Assembly: GCA_048884925.1 (NCBI GenBank)
Contig: JBHLQK010000003.1
Coordinates: 1-42,838 of the forward strand
DNA from: Candidatus Thorarchaeota archaeon
GTDB lineage: Archaea > Asgardarchaeota > Thorarchaeia > Thorarchaeales > Thorarchaeaceae
DNA length: 42,838 bases
Direction of reading: 5' to 3'
The notes beneath the pieces were generated by a model. It was given only the letters and a program-made list of their open reading frames with translations, had not been told where the DNA came from and searched no databases. Below, piece by piece: positions 18,269 through 27,635 of the stretch. A program made the translations under genes and the position numbers. Positions within the stretch are counted from its first letter, which is position 1, and each line of letters opens with the position of its first letter.

Positions 18269-20056
18269 ATGCGTGCTGATGAATTAAGAGAGCTATACTT
18301 GAAGTTCTTTAAAGAGAAGAATCATGCAGTAATAGGCTCTGCTTCTCTAATGCCTGAAAATGATCCAACTGCTCTCTACGTCATGGCAGGCATGCACCCA
18401 CTTATGCCATTCTTACTAGGTCAGCCTCACCCTCAAGGGAAACGCTTGGTCAACTTTCAGAAGTGCATTCGAACCATAGACATCGATGAGGTTGGTGACA
18501 CAACACATCTAACATTCTTTGAGATGCTTGGAAACTGGAGCCTCAATGATTATTGGAAGAAAGAAGCCATAACTTGGAGCTATGAATTCCTTACCTTCAA
18601 GAAGTGGCTGGGATTTGACCCAGAGAAGCTATCAGTCACTGTGTTTGCAGGAGATGATGATGCACAAAGGGATGACGAGGCTGTTGAGATATGGCGTTCA
18701 GTAGGCATTCCTGACAAACGCATCTACTTCCTTCCAAAGGAAGACAACTGGTGGGGCCCTCCTGGTAAAGTGGGCCCGTGCGGACCATGCACAGAGATGT
18801 TCATTGAGGTAGATGAAATTCCAAAATGTGGTGCAGACTGTAAACCAGGATGCCACTGCGGACACTTTGTTGAGGTCTGGAACGATGTCTTCATGGAGTA
18901 TAACCTGAAGGAAGATGGCAGTTACGAGAGATTGGAGCAAAGGAATATTGACACTGGGATGGGATTGGAGAGAACTGTAGCTATGCTTCAGGGTGTCCCA
19001 TCTGTCTTCGATATTGAGTTGTTCACTCCACTGATTGCCCACATCAAGAAGATTTCCGGAATAGATGAGCCGTCGGATGATGAAAATCGATTTGTGAAAA
19101 TAATAGCTGATCATGTGAAGTCAGCTGTCATGATCATGGCGGATGATGCGCAGATTGCCCCATCAAATGTAGAACATGGATACATTGTACGAAGACTCCT
19201 GAGAAAGGCAATTCTTAGCGCGGACAAGCTCGGCATAGATAAAGGATTCATGGAGCCTCTGGCAGATATCACCATTGAGATGTACAAGGATGTCTATGAG
19301 GAATTAGAGAGAAATCGTGCCTTCATCAAAAAGAACCTAAAGAGCGAGGAGGCCAAGTTCAGAAAGACTCTGAGAAAAGCGCTTGGTAAGTTTGAGCGTA
19401 TGTTTGGGGAAAATGGCATAATCACAGGAAAGGATGCTTTCCTGCTATTCACAAGCTTTGGGCTTCCTCTTGAGATGACAAGGGACTTGGCTGAGGAGAA
19501 AGGCATAGATATAGACCTTGACGAGTTTCGAAAAGAGTTCGAACACCACAGAGACATCTCTAGAACTGCCACCGAAGGCAAATTCAAGGGCGGCCTCGCA
19601 GACCATGGTGAAGAACACACCAAGCTCCACACAGCGACCCATCTCCTGCAAGCAGCGCTGAGAAAGGTACTTGGAGACAAGGTACAACAGAGCGGAAGCA
19701 ACATTACAAAAGAGCGCCTCCGATTTGATTTTACTTTCGATCGCAAGCTTACTCCGGAAGAAGTTCAGCATGTAGAGGACCTTGTCAATGGCATAATTGA
19801 CGAGGACTTAGAAGTCACAAAGGAGTTCATGCCTTATAATGAAGCAATAGCCAAAGGTGCAATGGCATTCTTCAAGGAAACATACGGCGAAACAGTATCT
19901 GTGTATTCAGTAGGTAACTTCAGCATGGAACTCTGCGGCGGACCTCATGTCAAGCGTACTGGCACTCTGGGTAGATTCAAAATCACTAAACAGAAGAAGA
20001 TTGGTGCTGGAATCATGCGAATCCGTGCGGTTCTGGAGCATTATGATACATCCTAG
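18269..20056 (+). CDS. alaS: alanyl-tRNA synthetase, short form lacking the C-Ala domain
   Basis: AGMHPL, QKCIRT.DI, HLTFFEMLGNWS, GPCGPCTE, EVWNDVFM, IDTGMGLER, editing motifs HTATH and ELCGGPH; ends after the editing domain. Confidence 0.95.
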   Translation: MRADELRELYLKFFKEKNHAVIGSASLMPENDPTALYVMAGMHPLMPFLLGQPHPQGKRLVNFQKCIRTIDIDEVGDTTHLTFFEMLGNWSLNDYWKKEAITWSYEFLTFKKWLGFDPEKLSVTVFAGDDDAQRDDEAVEIWRSVGIPDKRIYFLPKEDNWWGPPGKVGPCGPCTEMFIEVDEIPKCGADCKPGCHCGHFVEVWNDVFMEYNLKEDGSYERLEQRNIDTGMGLERTVAMLQGVPSVFDIELFTPLIAHIKKISGIDEPSDDENRFVKIIADHVKSAVMIMADDAQIAPSNVEHGYIVRRLLRKAILSADKLGIDKGFMEPLADITIEMYKDVYEELERNRAFIKKNLKSEEAKFRKTLRKALGKFERMFGENGIITGKDAFLLFTSFGLPLEMTRDLAEEKGIDIDLDEFRKEFEHHRDISRTATEGKFKGGLADHGEEHTKLHTATHLLQAALRKVLGDKVQQSGSNITKERLRFDFTFDRKLTPEEVQHVEDLVNGIIDEDLEVTKEFMPYNEAIAKGAMAFFKETYGETVSVYSVGNFSMELCGGPHVKRTGTLGRFKITKQKKIGAGIMRIRAVLEHYDTS

Positions 20057-20119
20057 CAACTATAAACGGAAAGGTCTATTTGACCATCTTCCTGAGTTGG
20101 ATTAGGAGTCTGATAGTGC

Positions 20120-20563
20120 GTGGAATCCGAGCAGTCAGGCATGGGAAAGATTGTCATAGTATGCTTCATGATAATTTGGGTTGGGACTGCTTTAAGCATG
20201 GGTCTATTCCTTTTCCCACAACCATTCTTCTTCCCATTCGGCATTATACCATTTATCATGGCTGCTTTTGGTATTGTTTTCTGCTTCGCAGCGTTGCGTG
20301 CGAACTCGAGCATTGCAAGGACTCGACGCCGTGTAGGAAGCGGCTACTCTATCAGTACAACGGGAGATGCTATGTATAGAGACAGAGAAAGCAGAAGGCC
20401 CTCATATCAGAGGCCCAGTAAGAGGATTGTATATCAGATTCCGTCTAGCTGTCCATCATGTGGCGCATCTTTGAACTCGGAACAGGTAGATTGGGTAGGA
20501 CCGCTTCAAGCGCAATGCCCATATTGCCTCGCTACAATAGAGGCATCAGAGAGGGATTTTTGA
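20120..20563 (+). CDS. 2-TM membrane protein with C-terminal zinc ribbon
   Basis: Two TM helices, CPSCGA...CPYC. Confidence 0.7.
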   Translation: MESEQSGMGKIVIVCFMIIWVGTALSMGLFLFPQPFFFPFGIIPFIMAAFGIVFCFAALRANSSIARTRRRVGSGYSISTTGDAMYRDRESRRPSYQRPSKRIVYQIPSSCPSCGASLNSEQVDWVGPLQAQCPYCLATIEASERDF

Positions 20564-20609
20564 GTCCCTTTGTCCGCCCATTGGTGGAGAGATTATCAAA
20601 ATTGAGTGG

Positions 20610-21278
20610 ATGAAAATGGGAACGTTCTCGAGAATCTTTGGTCTCGGAGATAAAGACCTGCAGAAGCAGGCGGATGAGCTTCTCTTGAAATTGAGCAAAG
20701 CACTGCAATCTGCGAGTGCTAAGTTGCACGTTTGTGCTGATGACTGGGAAGATGGCAAGATGAAAAACCTAGACGATCTTAAATCAGAAATAATTGGGCT
20801 CGAGAGAGAAGCAGACACCGTCAAGGAGGAATTGTATGAAAAGATATTCTCCAAGCGAGCATATCTCCCTCAGCAGACACAGGAACGATATGAACTTGTG
20901 CAGCATATGGACGGTGTTGTCGATGCTACAGAAGAAGCAGTCAGGATGATGCTTGTCGGTCGAAACTATGAGCCACCTGAGGAGATAACAGAGATTGCAA
21001 AAAAGAGCTGGATTTGTACAGACTTGCTGCAAGACGCCGTTAAATATCTCTTCACAGATTTTCAGAAGTCTGTTGAGTACACTATAAAGATTGATAGAGT
21101 CAGAGAGGAAGCGAGAGACCATCATTTCGAGCTCCTCGAGAAACTGTTCAATGACAAAAAGTACAAAGCAAAGGAAGTCAGCCTGTTTCGTGCTGTATCA
21201 GACAGGCTCATTCTTGTAGCTGTTAGAGCTGAGGATACAGGCGATTTCATCCGCACCATAGCAGTGAAGTACTCATAG
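20610..21278 (+). CDS. DUF47 (PhoU-like) phosphate transport regulator
   Basis: LEREADTVK, R.ELV..MD.VVD, AEDTGD; directly upstream of PiT. Confidence 0.85.
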   Translation: MKMGTFSRIFGLGDKDLQKQADELLLKLSKALQSASAKLHVCADDWEDGKMKNLDDLKSEIIGLEREADTVKEELYEKIFSKRAYLPQQTQERYELVQHMDGVVDATEEAVRMMLVGRNYEPPEEITEIAKKSWICTDLLQDAVKYLFTDFQKSVEYTIKIDRVREEARDHHFELLEKLFNDKKYKAKEVSLFRAVSDRLILVAVRAEDTGDFIRTIAVKYS

Positions 21279-21294
21279 GCGGGGGCCGTGGGAA

Positions 21295-22323
21295 TTGGAG
21301 CCTGTCCTATTAGGAGTTTTGCTAGTCATCAGCTTCCTTGTTGCTTTTGCTATAGGAAGCAATGACGAGGCAATGGCGCCTGCTGTTGGAGCGAGGGTCT
21401 TCACGGTTAATGTTGCTGTCGCCATTGGCGGCTTAATAACCGTGCTAGGAGCAGTAACTTTGGGTGGCAATGTTTCGGAGAAGGTTGGATCAGACCTAGT
21501 TGGAGGCCTGACACTTACTACTGAGATGGTCTTTGCTATTCTAATATCAATGGCAATTTGGTTATTGATAGCATCTGCAACGAAAGGACTTCCGATTAGC
21601 ACGACTCAATGTATAGTCGGGTCTGTGATTGGTGTGGCTGTTTTCGCCCCCGTGATTGGATATGTCGGATGGGGCGCTCAAGCGATAGACTGGTTTGTTG
21701 TACTGGAAGTCTTTGCGGGGTGGATTATCTCGCCGGTTATCGGCTTTTTCATCGCTGCAGGAGTCTTCGCAGTGGTAAGACGTATCCAGAAACGAGCACA
21801 AGGATTCTCTGAATTGGAGAGGCAGGAAAGGATTGCTGCCTACGGTCTAGCAGCTTTTTTGATTTGGACTTCATTAAGTAGGGGTGGAAACGACGTAGCC
21901 AATGCCATAGCCCCTATTGCAGTGCTTCCTGATTTCCAAGGAACGATCGCTTTTGGAAACATCAATCTACCGATTGTGCTATTGCCACTTCTCATCGGCG
22001 GTATTGGCATGGCCCTTGGACTAATCATTGTCGGTCGAAAGGTAATTAGAACGCTTGCTACTGAGGTTGTGACTCTTTCACCTTCCTCAGCTCTATCTGC
22101 AAGCGTGTCTGTAGCTCTGATAATGTTCGTAGGCACCATTCTTGGATTGCCCCTCAGTGGAACTCATGTTCTCGTTGCAGCTCTTATCGCGGTGGGATGG
22201 GTTTCTGAAACTCCAGTTCAGATGAAACAAGTGAAGGATATCCTCATATCTTGGATTGTCACCGTGCCAATCTCGGCAATTCTTGGAATAGTAGTGCTAA
22301 CAGCAATTCTGGGTTTCTTCTAG
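21295..22323 (+). CDS. pit: PiT-family inorganic phosphate transporter
   Basis: GSND, GLPISTT, GGNDVANAI, GLPLSGTH, SWIVTVP. Confidence 0.9.
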   Translation: MEPVLLGVLLVISFLVAFAIGSNDEAMAPAVGARVFTVNVAVAIGGLITVLGAVTLGGNVSEKVGSDLVGGLTLTTEMVFAILISMAIWLLIASATKGLPISTTQCIVGSVIGVAVFAPVIGYVGWGAQAIDWFVVLEVFAGWIISPVIGFFIAAGVFAVVRRIQKRAQGFSELERQERIAAYGLAAFLIWTSLSRGGNDVANAIAPIAVLPDFQGTIAFGNINLPIVLLPLLIGGIGMALGLIIVGRKVIRTLATEVVTLSPSSALSASVSVALIMFVGTILGLPLSGTHVLVAALIAVGWVSETPVQMKQVKDILISWIVTVPISAILGIVVLTAILGFF

Positions 22324-22338
22324 CATAGTAGTAGATTG

Positions 22339-23091
22339 CTATTTCTTAATGTCAGGAATTCTGTGTATCACCATAAACTCCTTTGCTAGTTTGCCCAATT
22401 CTAATGCCTCCTCCTCAGACAAATGAACCCTGCGTTCAGAAACGGGCGTATTCTTTCTAGTTGCTTCAATAATTGCTAGGTCTGCCTCCTTAACGACTTC
22501 TTCCGCGCCTGCACATATCCTTGTGTCTCCAGTATAGGCAATGGTTGTATCACCCACTATAATTCTATAGCCCAAGGCTGGCATGAGTAAGTCTTGGTCT
22601 GTCGCATTCTCCATTCCAAAATGCTCTACTTCGAAAGCTTTCACTTTGAAGAAATCTGTATCAAATTCGGACCTAGCTGTTAATTCATGGTACCAGAAAC
22701 CAAAGGGGAGAGTTTCTTTGTAGGCGTTTCTGAAACCTCTGATGGCTTCTATAGCTTCAATGCAATTAACAGGCAGAAGAATGTGTAATTTCTCAGATCT
22801 ATTCATCATTCGAAGGAAGCCAAGTAGTGAATGGATACCTCCCATATGATCAAAGTGCCCATGTGTTATGGCTATCAAATCCAAATCATGCACGAATTGG
22901 ATGCCTCCTCTCTCCAGTAGGTCCCTTAGAGCTCCATCACCAACGTCTAGGAGCATTATCTTTCCAGTGAACTTAGAAGTGATGATGATTATGGTACTTA
23001 CTCCAGCAGCACTGAATGGAACATTCACTTCTACCTCATCATTTACCCACACAAAAGGGCCAGTTTCTGATTGTTTATTCATCTCCATCAC
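22339..23091 (-). CDS. MBL-fold hydrolase, RNase Z/ElaC-like
   Basis: LLDVGDG, THGHFDHMGG, AYTGDT, IIEAT, HLS, IH. Confidence 0.8.
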   Translation of the reverse strand: MMEMNKQSETGPFVWVNDEVEVNVPFSAAGVSTIIIITSKFTGKIMLLDVGDGALRDLLERGGIQFVHDLDLIAITHGHFDHMGGIHSLLGFLRMMNRSEKLHILLPVNCIEAIEAIRGFRNAYKETLPFGFWYHELTARSEFDTDFFKVKAFEVEHFGMENATDQDLLMPALGYRIIVGDTTIAYTGDTRICAGAEEVVKEADLAIIEATRKNTPVSERRVHLSEEEALELGKLAKEFMVIHRIPDIKK

Positions 23092-23149
23092 ACAATTGGT
23101 ATGAAAGAGGAGGAACTAGAAAAGCTCCTCCATCTAGATTGATCAACTA

Positions 23150-24373
23150 TTAGTCATAGCCTAGCTTTGGTACTCTTGCCAAGAAGTTCATGAAGTAGGC
23201 GACTACCACAGATATGACAAGACCTGCAGCGGCATAGAGAAGTGAGTCCAACAGAGATGGTGTTGCCCCGCTCAGAATCTGAAGCCAGCTCCAATAGAAT
23301 CCTGCAATAGTCAAGCCAGCGAACGCCACCTTCATCAATGGTACCTTGACACTTCGAGTTTGGAATATTCCCATATCCGTCAGTGCTGCAGCCAATGCAC
23401 CGCCCTTAGCAGGCTTCAGCTTCAGTTTCTTTGAAAAGGAACCAACTGTGACCTTACTCTTCGGTTTCACTACCTTTATCGCTCTTGGCGCATATTCCGC
23501 GATGTCTTCAGAGAAGAATTTCACTGCAGTCGCTTCATTAATGCCACACTTGGAACACTCGACAGCATCCGTTTTCCATTTCTTACCGCACTTTGGACAC
23601 CTCTTATGGTCCCAGGATTTTCCAGCAGCATCACTGACTCTGCGAACCAAATCATCCTTACTAATCAGTTCTCCATCCTTCTTTGGCTTCCGGCGAAGAA
23701 CTACTGCTGCAGGAAAAATCCCTACATCTGAACCTCTCGTTGCCCCACGCATCTTCCGAGCAGCAAGAATTCCCTGTTGAAATTCATCTAGAGCCATGAG
23801 GAGCGAGAAAACAGCCATAACTGTGAATCCGAGTGTTATCAGTCCGTTCACAGACATAATAGCGGCTGCGCCTGTGGCTCCAATCTGAAGCACAAAATCT
23901 TCAGCCAGTGAAACGTTTGATCCTGGATTACTCAGCAACGAGTAGATTAGCGTGACTTCAAATCGAATCGTTCCTGATAGGAGTGAGAGGATTTCAAATT
24001 CAGGCATCGAACCAAGTGGGATTGAACCATTTACTAATTCTATCTGGACTCCAGTAGGAATGACAGTGTTGACTGCCTGTTCTTGAGGCGGAGATAGAGG
24101 GATTCCCATGTATTCAATGACGTACGTCATAGCGTGAATGGTGAGATTCTGGATTGCCTGTACAGTCAGCTCAATTGCTAAATCATCAGTTAGGTTGACT
24201 GGGATTGGAGCTGTAGCATTTGACTCAGCTGCCGAAACACCATTGACTTCTAAGAGAAAAGAGAGAGTTCCGTCATCGGTCCAAGTCTGAGCTTGAACTG
24301 GTGCCAGCGGGCATATACAGAGAATGCCTGCGATGAACAGAATAAACGCAAAATGTGGTAGCGTCTTTTTCAT
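23150..24373 (-). CDS. signal peptide + extracellular domain + TM + cytoplasmic Zn-ribbon/HTH-like domain + 2 TM
   Basis: Signal peptide ending VQA; beta-rich domain with N-x-S/T sequons; CPKC...CSKC; basic helical region. Confidence 0.75.
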   Translation of the reverse strand: MKKTLPHFAFILFIAGILCICPLAPVQAQTWTDDGTLSFLLEVNGVSAAESNATAPIPVNLTDDLAIELTVQAIQNLTIHAMTYVIEYMGIPLSPPQEQAVNTVIPTGVQIELVNGSIPLGSMPEFEILSLLSGTIRFEVTLIYSLLSNPGSNVSLAEDFVLQIGATGAAAIMSVNGLITLGFTVMAVFSLLMALDEFQQGILAARKMRGATRGSDVGIFPAAVVLRRKPKKDGELISKDDLVRRVSDAAGKSWDHKRCPKCGKKWKTDAVECSKCGINEATAVKFFSEDIAEYAPRAIKVVKPKSKVTVGSFSKKLKLKPAKGGALAAALTDMGIFQTRSVKVPLMKVAFAGLTIAGFYWSWLQILSGATPSLLDSLLYAAAGLVISVVVAYFMNFLARVPKLGYD

Positions 24374-24451
24374 GTCGAATATACCTCCGATGGCAAAAGC
24401 ATCTAGCCTTGGAAGGATTGTAGTACTTTAATGATTATCGAGTATTTAATG

Positions 24452-24838
24452 TCAGCCGCCCAGTCCTTCCCTGAGTTGTCGGTCAAACTCCTCGTCATCT
24501 TCCTCGGGATCGAAGGTGACACGACGCTTGGGGGGTGTAGATGCAAATGGTTGCCAGTGCATAGCAGCTCCGACTCCTATGCCTCCAAAAGTGGACATTA
24601 TGCTAAGCAAGACGGTCATACTTGGATTGCCTTCTGGGCCGACTACGATTATGCCACCTGTCAATAGAAGGAATGCGATAATAACCCCTCCAAAAAGCCC
24701 AACTGTAAGAGCGATGAAAAATCGATCTTTAGTACTCAGGGATTTAGATGCACCTAAAATGTATCCGGCAAGGAAACCAATTGCAAGACCTGGCAAACCT
24801 GCATATAGCGCATCTAAAGGCGTGAATTGCATTAACAA
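24452..24838 (-). CDS. small 3-TM membrane protein with acidic tail
   Basis: Gly-rich TM helices, FDPEEDDEEFDRQL tail; GAGGA SD. Confidence 0.7.
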   Translation of the reverse strand: MLMQFTPLDALYAGLPGLAIGFLAGYILGASKSLSTKDRFFIALTVGLFGGVIIAFLLLTGGIIVVGPEGNPSMTVLLSIMSTFGGIGVGAAMHWQPFASTPPKRRVTFDPEEDDEEFDRQLREGLGG

Positions 24839-24951
24839 TTCTCATTCCTCTTATGGATTGCTTAACAGAAGACTTCTCATAATATTTTCCCATTCACAAA
24901 GGCACAACAGTTTTACTCAGGAGTGCCTCTATCCCAGTGAGGCGGCTATAA

Positions 24952-25512
24952 ATGAGTGTTGAAGAAGGACTCATTCTAGTGGAGATTCTAAAGAGACGGA
25001 GTGGTAGAGCATATTCGGACAGGCCTATTCCTGATGAGATGCTGGAATCTATCTTGGAGGCAGGAAGAAGGGCACCCTCCTGTGCAAATACTCAGGCGTG
25101 GAACTTTGTAGTGATGAAGAGCCCAGAAGCTCTGGCTCAGGCACATGAGGCTCTAAGCAGAGGAAATGCTTGGGGAAGGAGGGCTCCAGTCATGATCATC
25201 GTTGCTGCGAGAGAAGACGGGGGTTGTTCATCTCACGATTTGCCATACTTCATGATGGACATTGGACTCACCACACAGAATATCCTATTGCAAACAGTAC
25301 ATCTGGGCTTGTTGGGACATCCTACTGCCGGGTGGAATGAGGACATGCTAAAAGAAATCACAGGAATACCCAGTGACTACAGAATTGTAACTGTGATATT
25401 CATTGGCTATGAGGGCGACATTGAACTCCTAGATGAGAGAAACCAAGAAAGGGAAAAAAAACGAACTCCCAGAAGGCCTCTCTCTGAGATTGTGCATTGG
25501 GATAGATGGTAA
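24952..25512 (+). CDS. nitroreductase family protein
   Basis: RRSGRAY, APSCANTQAW, MDIG, QNILL...LGL, IGY. Confidence 0.9.
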   Translation: MSVEEGLILVEILKRRSGRAYSDRPIPDEMLESILEAGRRAPSCANTQAWNFVVMKSPEALAQAHEALSRGNAWGRRAPVMIIVAAREDGGCSSHDLPYFMMDIGLTTQNILLQTVHLGLLGHPTAGWNEDMLKEITGIPSDYRIVTVIFIGYEGDIELLDERNQEREKKRTPRRPLSEIVHWDRW

Positions 25513-25513
25513 T

Positions 25514-25681
25514 CTATGCTTTATACTCCATCACTTGCCCACAGTGAGTAGGCATGTCCTGATGCCCGCATTGAGGACCCATCCAACAAACCATCTGGTC
25601 GCCTTCTTGATGCATCTCTTTGCCGCAGTGGACTGGAACATCTACTTTCTGTCCACACTTTGCACATACTAGTTCTGCCAT
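25514..25681 (-). CDS. 55-aa metal-binding protein with two desulforedoxin-like repeats (absent from ORF track)
   Basis: MAELVCAKCGQKVDVPVHCGKEMHQEGDQMVCWMGPQCGHQDMPTHCGQVMEYKA; GGAG SD upstream. Confidence 0.8.
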   Translation of the reverse strand: MAELVCAKCGQKVDVPVHCGKEMHQEGDQMVCWMGPQCGHQDMPTHCGQVMEYKA

Positions 25682-25769
25682 TTGTAATAAAATCTCCAGT
25701 CAGAATTACCATACAGACTGTCCTGTCATTAACAATAGTGAAAAAGTTGGCGCTATAAACATTTGGCTC

Positions 25770-25940
25770 ATGACAAATGCAAATCCAGACGTCAGACAAC
25801 TTCTGCAGAAGTTCAGTGATAGAGTTGATGAAGTAAACAAGAACGACCTCAAGAGAGGAGAAGGCAATTTCATGGACTTTGCAATCCTTGATAACATTGT
25901 CAAGACAATATTCCAGAATTGGCCTTCTCACTTCGGATAG
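25770..25940 (+). CDS. 56-aa helical hypothetical protein
   Basis: MTNANPDVRQLLQKFSDRVDEVNKNDLKRGEGNFMDFAILDNIVKTIFQNWPSHFG fills the gap; GAAAAAG...TATAAA upstream. Confidence 0.4.
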   Translation: MTNANPDVRQLLQKFSDRVDEVNKNDLKRGEGNFMDFAILDNIVKTIFQNWPSHFG

Positions 25941-27187
25941 TACTTCGCCGGATCTTCTGAGAAGACCTTCTCCTCCGTCTTATGAGCGCCTGGTGTATCC
26001 AACTCTATGTCACGCTTCAAGGCACAGTCAAGAGATAGTATTTCATTGAAGACCTCGTTCTGGACAATGAGCCGCTGAACCTCGTTGCTGCCTGTCCATA
26101 TTGTAGCCAGCCTCGCATCACGATAGAGCCGTTCAATGGGATAGACGTCAGTATACCCAATTCCTCCAAGGATTTGCATTGCCTCATGTACAGCATGGAA
26201 GCCAGCCTCAGTCCCGTATACCTTGGCCTGAGAGACCTCTTTTCTACACCATGCCCCTGTATCCGCCACCTTAGCTGCTCGATACACTAATCCACGTGCC
26301 GCATCAAGTTCTGTAATGCAATCTGCCACCTTGAAACTAACAGCCTCAAACCTACGTATGGGACGCCCGAACGCCTCACGCTTATCTGCATATCTTGCCG
26401 CGAGCTCCATAGCAACCTGTCCCATACCTATAGCTCCCGCAGCAGAGGTCAGACGTTCTGGAACCATCATGGCATTGAACACATCATTTCCACCATTGAG
26501 ATCTCCAACAAGATTGGACTCAGGAATTTCCACATCTGACATTATGATTCGAGCGGCACCCATACCGCGGCAACCCATGAGTTCATACTCCTCTTGAACC
26601 TTGACTCCAGCATCGCGGTCAACAAGGAATGCACTGAGGGATTTATGAGGGGGAGCTTCAAAATCGGTCTTTGCGTAAATCAAGAAGTAGTCAGCGCCAA
26701 CACCACCAGCTACAAACCGTTTCTCCCCATTTATGACAAATGTGTCGCCTTTCGCTATTGCAGTAGTGTTAGTCCCAAAGAAGTCCGATCCTCCTCGGGG
26801 TTCGGTTAGACCCTCACCACATATCTTCTCACCTTTCAGCGTTGGCAGCAGGTATTCTCGCTTCTGGGCCTCTGTTCCATACTTGTCTATACCCTCTCCT
26901 ATGATGCTGGGGAGTGAGTACGCACATCCAAGAGATATTCCTAGAACGCCGACTTCCTCCACTGCAAGCATCTCGGAAACCCAGCCAAGGCTTCTACCTC
27001 CATATTCCTTCGGAAATCTGAGTCCAAGTAAATTGGCCTTTCCAGCAGCCTTGATGAACTCATAAGGATACTCCTTTTCTTTTGAGTCCATGGCAACTAT
27101 TAGCTCCGAATCCACCTTATCCCGCACAAATGCGCGAACTTCGTTACGCAGTTTCTTCTCATCATCATTCAGCAATACGTCAAACAT
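25928..27187 (-). CDS. acyl-CoA dehydrogenase
   Basis: LTEPRGGSD, INGEKRF, REAFGRPI, AMQILGGIGY, ERLYRDAR...IWTGSNEVQR. Confidence 0.95.
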   Translation of the reverse strand: MFDVLLNDDEKKLRNEVRAFVRDKVDSELIVAMDSKEKEYPYEFIKAAGKANLLGLRFPKEYGGRSLGWVSEMLAVEEVGVLGISLGCAYSLPSIIGEGIDKYGTEAQKREYLLPTLKGEKICGEGLTEPRGGSDFFGTNTTAIAKGDTFVINGEKRFVAGGVGADYFLIYAKTDFEAPPHKSLSAFLVDRDAGVKVQEEYELMGCRGMGAARIIMSDVEIPESNLVGDLNGGNDVFNAMMVPERLTSAAGAIGMGQVAMELAARYADKREAFGRPIRRFEAVSFKVADCITELDAARGLVYRAAKVADTGAWCRKEVSQAKVYGTEAGFHAVHEAMQILGGIGYTDVYPIERLYRDARLATIWTGSNEVQRLIVQNEVFNEILSLDCALKRDIELDTPGAHKTEEKVFSEDPAKYYPK

Positions 27188-27211
27188 TGTCCATTCCTCG
27201 CGGATAGATAT

Positions 27212-27565
27212 CTATGCGCCGCGCAATAAAGAGTCTAGGGTGTCTTGGGACCCGGGTTGCCTATGGATATGGATAGCTTCAGTTGGACAGACCAGCTCGC
27301 ATGCTAGGCACAGAATGCACTCAGCATCGAGAATTGGGTCAACAACAGCATCACCTTCTTCGGAAATCCAGGCGACAAATACCTCTACTGGGCAAGTGGT
27401 GACACACTTCATGCATCCAGTGCAAGATTCGATGTGTAGTCCTACAATGTCGCCATGAATCCTACCGCTTTCTCCGTCATCCTTCGACCATACAGGATGA
27501 CCTTCATGTGATTCAATTACTGACCAGGTGTTCCGAAAGCTCCTGTCGATTGGCACATGGGGCAT
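27212..27565 (-). CDS. zfx: zinc-containing dicluster ferredoxin (Zfx-like)
   Basis: N-terminal extension ID..FR...HEGH.VW...IHG.IVG, VDP, and two CxxCxxCxxxCP motifs. Confidence 0.8.
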   Translation of the reverse strand: MPHVPIDRSFRNTWSVIESHEGHPVWSKDDGESGRIHGDIVGLHIESCTGCMKCVTTCPVEVFVAWISEEGDAVVDPILDAECILCLACELVCPTEAIHIHRQPGSQDTLDSLLRGA

Positions 27566-27635
27566 CTGAGCAAGGGGTCTTATAGAATATACCGTGGTGT
27601 CGATAACTCCAGATACTAGCTGAAAGGGAGATTTC

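Noticed and set aside
25521-25931. 136-aa minus-strand ORF and 106-aa plus-strand ORF from the track
   Set aside because: Shadow frames; the 55-aa Cys/His ORF in another frame has a clear motif and SD, and only the 3' half of the plus ORF is plausible
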